Source: a virus (Duplodnaviria > Caudoviricetes). From it: a stretch of 62,553 nucleotides of DNA. Below are positions 57,466-62,553 of this stretch, in pieces (the stretch's first letter is position 1; every line of letters begins with the position of its first letter). The position numbers and the translations under genes are program-made. Below the pieces are notes generated by a model. That model was given only the letters and a program-made list of their open reading frames with translations. It ran no database searches and was not told the DNA's origin. The stretch is from positions 1 through 62,553 of the IMG/VR virus record IMGVR_UViG_3300042564_005954; one strand, given 5' to 3'.

Positions 57466-58964
57466 ATTTAACACTTTCTGACAATAAAATGTTTTTAGTT
57501 ATTGATTCTTGTACTGAATTAGAATACGAGCAATTAAAAACATCATTAACTAAAAAAATCGAAGGCTGGAGATTTCATCCACTTGTAAAACGAAAATTAT
57601 GGGATGGGAATATTTCATTTATAAAAAAGAATAAAATTCCAGCTGGACTTTGGAAAGAGGTTATTGATATATGTAAAGAATACGATTTAGAATTTAGCTT
57701 AAATGGAATAACAAATGTTTTTGATACTGACATAACAGAAGAATCATTTAATAACTGGGTTGAAGATTTTTTTAAAAACAGTGATATAAAACCAAGAGAC
57801 TATCAAATAAGTGCTGCATTTAAAATACTTAAATACAGAAGATGTTTAGCTGAGTTAGCAACATCAGCAGGTAAAACTCTTATTTCATTTATGGTTATAG
57901 CTTACTTAATGGAAGTTTTAGGAAAAAAGAAAATCCTAATGATCGTGCCTAATGTAAGTTTAGTAGTTCAAGCTTCAGGCGATTTTGAAGAATACAACCG
58001 TCAGCGTGTTTCATTAAAAATACAACAAATTTATTCAGGAGTAAAACTTAGACCTAGTTCAAATATTGTTATAGGAACATACCAATCTCTTGTAAAAAAT
58101 GATGAAGAATATTTTAAACAATTTGATGCAGTATTAGTAGATGAAACACATAAAGCTAAAGCAGCTTCTATACAAACCATAATGGACAAATGTTGGCATT
58201 GTGATTATAGATTTGGTTTAAGTGGAACAATACCTAAAAGAGGAACTGTTGATAGGTTAAGTCTTATGTCTGCAATGGGCCCTCTCGTTACGCAAGTAAA
58301 AGCAAATTATTTACAAGAAGAAGGACATATAGCACAATGTAAAGTTATACAATTTCACATGGATTATGCTACACTTGAACAGAAGACAGCATTTGCAGAA
58401 CTTTCTAAAAATTCTTATGATAGACAACGCCTATTTGGTTTAGAACAAAATTTTATAAACCAGGATGAAAAGAGACTTAATTTTATTTCACAAATAATAA
58501 AAAAGAGTACAAGTAATTCATTAGTGTTATTTCATAAAATAGATTATGGCGAAAAGATATATCAAAAACTTCGTGAAATAACTGATAAAAGAATTTATTA
58601 CGTTGATGGTGGAGTTAGTCCTGAACTAAGAGAAGAGTTTAAATCTAGGATGGAAAAGAACAATGATGTAATAATTGTAGCATCATACGGTACATTTTCA
58701 ACTGGTATTTCAATTAAAAATATACATAATATATTTTTTACAGAATCTTTTAAAAGTGAAGTAATAATTAGACAAAGTATAGGTAGAGGTTTAAGAAAAC
58801 ATCATGAAAAGGAAACTGTAAAAATATATGATTTTATTGATGATCTTAGATATAAAGATGAAACTGTAGATTGGTCTAATTATACGTTTAGACATGGAAT
58901 AGAAAGAAGAAAAATTTATAAAGAAGAAAAGTTTCCGTTTGAAGTTCACGACATAAAATTTTAA
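57462..58964 (+). CDS. uvsW: UvsW-like SF2 helicase
   Basis: WDG, PRDYQ, ATSAGKT, VDETH, GLSGT, STGISI and QSIGRGLR motifs. Confidence 0.92.
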   Translation: MNLTLSDNKMFLVIDSCTELEYEQLKTSLTKKIEGWRFHPLVKRKLWDGNISFIKKNKIPAGLWKEVIDICKEYDLEFSLNGITNVFDTDITEESFNNWVEDFFKNSDIKPRDYQISAAFKILKYRRCLAELATSAGKTLISFMVIAYLMEVLGKKKILMIVPNVSLVVQASGDFEEYNRQRVSLKIQQIYSGVKLRPSSNIVIGTYQSLVKNDEEYFKQFDAVLVDETHKAKAASIQTIMDKCWHCDYRFGLSGTIPKRGTVDRLSLMSAMGPLVTQVKANYLQEEGHIAQCKVIQFHMDYATLEQKTAFAELSKNSYDRQRLFGLEQNFINQDEKRLNFISQIIKKSTSNSLVLFHKIDYGEKIYQKLREITDKRIYYVDGGVSPELREEFKSRMEKNNDVIIVASYGTFSTGISIKNIHNIFFTESFKSEVIIRQSIGRGLRKHHEKETVKIYDFIDDLRYKDETVDWSNYTFRHGIERRKIYKEEKFPFEVHDIKF

Positions 58965-59008
58965 CTTAAAAACATTTCATTGAATATATAATAAAAAATG
59001 TACTAAAA

Positions 59009-60184
59009 ATGAGCAAAATTAAAAAATTCTCTAACATAGTTTCTGCAAAAATAATTTCAGAATCTACAGAAACTGAAAAAGGACAAGCTGCTGTAGAAGC
59101 CTTAATTAAAAAAATGGGTTATAATAGTATTGAAGAACTTAAGCGTGAAAAAACACTTATTTCTAAATTAGAAAATCTTATGAAAGAGTTTTCTCCAAAG
59201 AATGATATAAGCGAGGATGAAGCTGAAGATATTGAAGATGAAGTTGTAAAAAGAGGTGAGCCTAAGTCTTTGGAAGGAGATGCTGGTAAAAAAGAAGAAG
59301 GTGGAGAAGTTGGTACAGAAGATGATGAAATTACTGAAGATGAAGCAGAAGATATTGAAGCTGAAGTAGTTAAAAGAGGTGAACCTAAAGAATTAGATGA
59401 TGAAGATGAAGACGATGACGATGATGACGACATTGAAGAAGATAAAGCCGAAGATATTGAAGCTGAAGTTATAAAAAGAGGAAAGCCTAAGAGTTTAGTA
59501 GAAGATGAAGCAGAAGATATTGAAGACGAAGTTTTAAAGAGAGGTGAGCCTAAAGATAAATCAGCTGAATTGGAAGATGAATTGGAAGATAAGGTTACTG
59601 TGAAAGGCAAAGAAGTTAAAAAGAAAGATGGCGCAGTATTAAAAACAAGTAAAAGAATACTTTCATTTGATGAATTTATTGCAGAAGAAACTGTAAATAA
59701 AAATGTTTCTTATCAAGACGACGAAGAAGAAACTGAAGACAATGCAGTTCCAGTTGCTGCTTCTTATCAACATAAAGGCGGTAAAAGTGTAAATGAAAAA
59801 AAGGAAGTTGCAGGTAAAGACGCAGGAAATCTTATTAAAGGTGCAGGCACTGGAAAAAAACTTATGATTGATGATATTACTTATATATGTCTAGGCGGTG
59901 GTAAGTGGAAAAATGAAAACAGTGGAGAAAAATTAAATTGGATTCAACTATCAGCAATGGCATCTGCATTAGGTAATAAAGAAGTAATTTTTGAAGGTGA
60001 AGTAAATGAAGCAGAGATTAAAAGTGATGAAGAATTTAAAGAATACACTACTACAGTTTTAAAGAAAGCCTTTGGCGATAAATTTGATCAAGCAAAAGCA
60101 GACGAAGTAGCTGATGGTTTAATTAGTAAGCACAGCGGAGATTACGGCGCAATGGTAGGCGCTCTTCAGGCTTCTTTAGGATAA
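59009..60184 (+). CDS. Highly acidic repeat protein, putative prohead core/scaffold
   Basis: Four EDxAEDIExEVxKRGxPK repeats, many (I/L/V)xE sites, internal ILSFDEFIAE; AATATATA box at 58983. Confidence 0.6.
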   Translation: MSKIKKFSNIVSAKIISESTETEKGQAAVEALIKKMGYNSIEELKREKTLISKLENLMKEFSPKNDISEDEAEDIEDEVVKRGEPKSLEGDAGKKEEGGEVGTEDDEITEDEAEDIEAEVVKRGEPKELDDEDEDDDDDDDIEEDKAEDIEAEVIKRGKPKSLVEDEAEDIEDEVLKRGEPKDKSAELEDELEDKVTVKGKEVKKKDGAVLKTSKRILSFDEFIAEETVNKNVSYQDDEEETEDNAVPVAASYQHKGGKSVNEKKEVAGKDAGNLIKGAGTGKKLMIDDITYICLGGGKWKNENSGEKLNWIQLSAMASALGNKEVIFEGEVNEAEIKSDEEFKEYTTTVLKKAFGDKFDQAKADEVADGLISKHSGDYGAMVGALQASLG

Positions 60185-60195
60185 TAAAATATACT

Positions 60196-61467
60196 ATGAA
60201 ATACGTAAAACTATTTGAACAATGGCTGGCGGATCAAAGCCAGCCATTTTTATTTGAAGGTGGTGCAGCAGGGCATATGATGCATCCTTTTGATGATAGT
60301 GAATTAACATTTGGGGATTTTAAACAAATGATTAATTCTGGACTTATGGGTGAACTTAATTTTGAAGAAGCACCTACTGAAAAAACAGATGGTCAAAATC
60401 TTTTTGTTACAATAAAAGATGGTAAAGTACTATTTTCAAGAAATAAAGGTGAACTTAAAGTTCCTATGACACTTCAGGAATTTAAGCAAAAATTCCAAGA
60501 TCACCCATCTGAAATGGTAAGAGATACTTTTCAATTTGCAGCCGAAGACCTAGCTAATCAGTTAGTTAAATTACCTGCATCAGATCAAATAAAATTCTTT
60601 AATGACGGTAAGGATTTTATGAATATGGAACTTATTTATTCTCTTAATCCTAATGTTATCAATTATGATACTGATGTTATCCAATTTCATGGTATTAAAA
60701 AGACAGACGGTCAAGGTAATGTTATAGGTGAAGATTCAAAACCTGCTAAGGAAGTTGCAACCATTTTACAAAAGGTAAATGCAGATATTGGAAAAACTTT
60801 TAAAATTATTCCACCAAAAGAAATACAAATACAAAAGGATTTAGATTTTTCAACTAATCGTGATAAATTTATTAAAAAGGTTGAAGATCTTAAAAATAGG
60901 TATAAACTTTCAGACGGCGATGAAGTTTCAAGATATCATGAAATGTGGTGGAGAGAACTTATTGATAAAGAATTTCCTAATATATCGCAAGATCATAAAG
61001 AAGGACTTTTACAGAGATGGGCATATGATGATAAAAAGACCCTTAATATGAGATCTCTTGATAAAGAGCTTACACCACAAGAAGCTGAAAAGATTAAGAA
61101 ATTTGATAAAGAGGATGTAAAGAAAAAGTATAAAGAAAACATAAGACCTTTTGAAGATCTATTTTTAGAATTAGGTTCAACAATTTTAAAGAATGCAAGT
61201 AATTTTCTTGCTGCAAATCCAACAGAAGAAGCTAAAAGGTTAAGATCGCAAATTGAATCTGAGGCAAATAAAATAAGATTAGGTGGTGGTGAAGACCAAA
61301 TAAAAAAGGTTGAGGCTGAATTGGATAGACTTAACAGAATAGGAGGTTTAGAATCAATTTATCCTACAGAAGGTATTGTGTTTAAATATAAAGGAAAGAC
61401 CTATAAATTAACAGGTACTTTTGCTGCATTAAATCAATTATTAGGAATAATAAAATACGGCAGATAA
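60196..61467 (+). CDS. Tagged nucleotidyltransferase (RNA/DNA ligase fold) protein
   Basis: MKYVKLFEQW...LFE-G tag; HMMHP, TEKTDG (I), MEL (III), QFH (IIIa), EGIVF (IV), YKL (V). Confidence 0.65.
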   Translation: MKYVKLFEQWLADQSQPFLFEGGAAGHMMHPFDDSELTFGDFKQMINSGLMGELNFEEAPTEKTDGQNLFVTIKDGKVLFSRNKGELKVPMTLQEFKQKFQDHPSEMVRDTFQFAAEDLANQLVKLPASDQIKFFNDGKDFMNMELIYSLNPNVINYDTDVIQFHGIKKTDGQGNVIGEDSKPAKEVATILQKVNADIGKTFKIIPPKEIQIQKDLDFSTNRDKFIKKVEDLKNRYKLSDGDEVSRYHEMWWRELIDKEFPNISQDHKEGLLQRWAYDDKKTLNMRSLDKELTPQEAEKIKKFDKEDVKKKYKENIRPFEDLFLELGSTILKNASNFLAANPTEEAKRLRSQIESEANKIRLGGGEDQIKKVEAELDRLNRIGGLESIYPTEGIVFKYKGKTYKLTGTFAALNQLLGIIKYGR

Positions 61468-61488
61468 ATAAAAAAACACGTACGTAAA

Positions 61489-62112
61489 ATGTTAGAAATG
61501 ATATTAGAAACTCCGGTACTTGTTGCTTTTATTTCAGGTGTAATAGGTCCTATCTTGGTAATGGTAGCAAAAGAAAGATTGGAAAAATCAAAAAAGAAGC
61601 CAGACATGGTTGTAGATACTTTAGCAGTCAGTGAAAAGATTTCTAAAAAACTGGATGACATAAAGGACGAATTCAAAGCAGATCGTGTTTGGTTATCACA
61701 ATTTCATAATGGTGGTCACTTTTATCCAACTGGTAAATCTATTGCTAAATTTAGCATGGTATATGAAACCGTTGAATTAAATGTAAAATCTATACAAACA
61801 AGTTATCAAAATATACCAGTGAGTCTTTTTAGTAAGTCAATAAATCATTTATTAGAACATGATGTAATTGAGATTAATGATTTTAAAGATGAGACTATTG
61901 CTACATACGGCTTAAAATATGTTGCAGAAGAAGCAGGTACAAAATCTACATATCTTTTTGCAATAAAAACATTTGAAGGTAAATTTATAGGTTGTATTGC
62001 TATTGATTATACTAAGAAAAAGGTTAAGTTATCGCAAGATGATATTTATCATTTACAAAATAAAGCAACTGCTATAGGTGGTGTTTTAATAACTCATTTA
62101 AACAGTAAGTAA
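61489..62112 (+). CDS. T4 gpT-type holin candidate (single TM plus GAF-like domain)
   Basis: N-terminal TM, then ADRVWLSQFHNG...FIGCIAIDY GAF-like domain; GATAAATA box at 61463. Confidence 0.6.
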   Translation: MLEMILETPVLVAFISGVIGPILVMVAKERLEKSKKKPDMVVDTLAVSEKISKKLDDIKDEFKADRVWLSQFHNGGHFYPTGKSIAKFSMVYETVELNVKSIQTSYQNIPVSLFSKSINHLLEHDVIEINDFKDETIATYGLKYVAEEAGTKSTYLFAIKTFEGKFIGCIAIDYTKKKVKLSQDDIYHLQNKATAIGGVLITHLNSK

Positions 62113-62176
62113 TTATTTACAATTTTATTCTAGATGTACTTTTAAATAGTTTATATGTAAATATATTAATGATATT

Positions 62177-62200
62177 AATGACCTCTCTAGAGGTCATTTT
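62177..62200 (+). terminator. Intrinsic terminator
   Basis: AATGACCTC-TCTA-GAGGTCATT then TT. Confidence 0.7.
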
Positions 62201-62254
62201 AGTTAAACAAAATCATAAAAAACTATAAATATATAAATTGAAACAAAATACTTT

Positions 62255-62553
62255 ATGGAAGAACTTTCTAAAATTTATAAGCAAATAGGTGAAAGGTTTA
62301 TTAATGAACTTTTTAATGATTATGTAATTGTAACAGAAAAACTATCAGGTTCTTCTTTTTCTTTTCAAAAAAGCGGAAATGGTATAACTTTTTATAAAGG
62401 TTCTAGTGATAAGCCTATAAATCTTATTGATAGAACACTTATGGTTTATTATGAAAAACCTATAAAGCATATAGAAAATGTTTCTTTAAATATATTAAAT
62501 GCAATACCAGAAAATTGGAGATTTTGTTTTCAATTTTTTGTAAATAATAAACC
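62255..62553 (+). CDS. 5' part of a ligase-fold-like protein (truncated by window end)
   Basis: Open frame MEELSKIY...YVIVTEKLSGSSFSF...; degenerate motif I; AATATATA box at 62228. Confidence 0.55.
   Translation, partial: MEELSKIYKQIGERFINELFNDYVIVTEKLSGSSFSFQKSGNGITFYKGSSDKPINLIDRTLMVYYEKPIKHIENVSLNILNAIPENWRFCFQFFVNNK

Noticed and set aside
12361-58964. Introns or inteins in ligase, primase or UvsW
   Set aside because: Lengths and motif spacing are normal; no splice-junction or homing endonuclease motifs seen.
223-61676. Overlapping shadow ORFs (e.g. 223-747, 3038-3313, 21271-21849, 27415-27747, 56355-56783, 59119-59610 on -, and short alternate-frame + ORFs)
   Set aside because: They lie on or opposite well-supported genes, lack motifs and leaders; the Ser-rich 59119-59610 simply mirrors the acidic repeats.
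1-62553. Stop-codon reassignment as in some Bacteroidota phages
   Set aside because: Long genes are intact in the standard code and TAG/TGA end genes at sensible places (e.g. 2285, 6249, 54642).

Overview
AT-rich fragment of a large T4-like (myovirus) phage genome, standard genetic code, almost entirely + strand. A Bacteroidota host is likely: TAnnTTTG promoter element, no Shine-Dalgarno sequences, a BT4734/VirE-N gene, a signal peptide ending in Ala-Gln and a bS1-like gene. Layout: 1-3.2 kb, a compositionally distinct block (RadA-like ATPase, DUF932-like gene, structured non-coding region with five 47-bp tandem repeats); 3.0-6.8 kb, ten unrelated small genes sharing an N-terminal MKHLKTFESFLNE tag like the T4 internal-protein capsid-targeting sequence; 6.9-15 kb, early/accessory genes (DnaJ-like, DNA ligase, glucosaminidase, dCMP deaminase); 15.5-53.6 kb, tail/baseplate/neck module with embedded S1-like and amidoligase genes; 53.6-59 kb, replication/recombination genes (RuvC-like, GroES, gp32 SSB, primase, UvsY, UvsW); 59-62.5 kb, head-core-like protein, ligase-fold proteins and a T-type holin candidate. 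Most notable: the tagged cargo array, and a hairpin RNA at 2283-2399 whose (UUUCCG)n loop is complementary to AAACGGAAA boxes at the starts of three genes that share one promoter class. All calls are by-eye motif recognition; no database searches were run.
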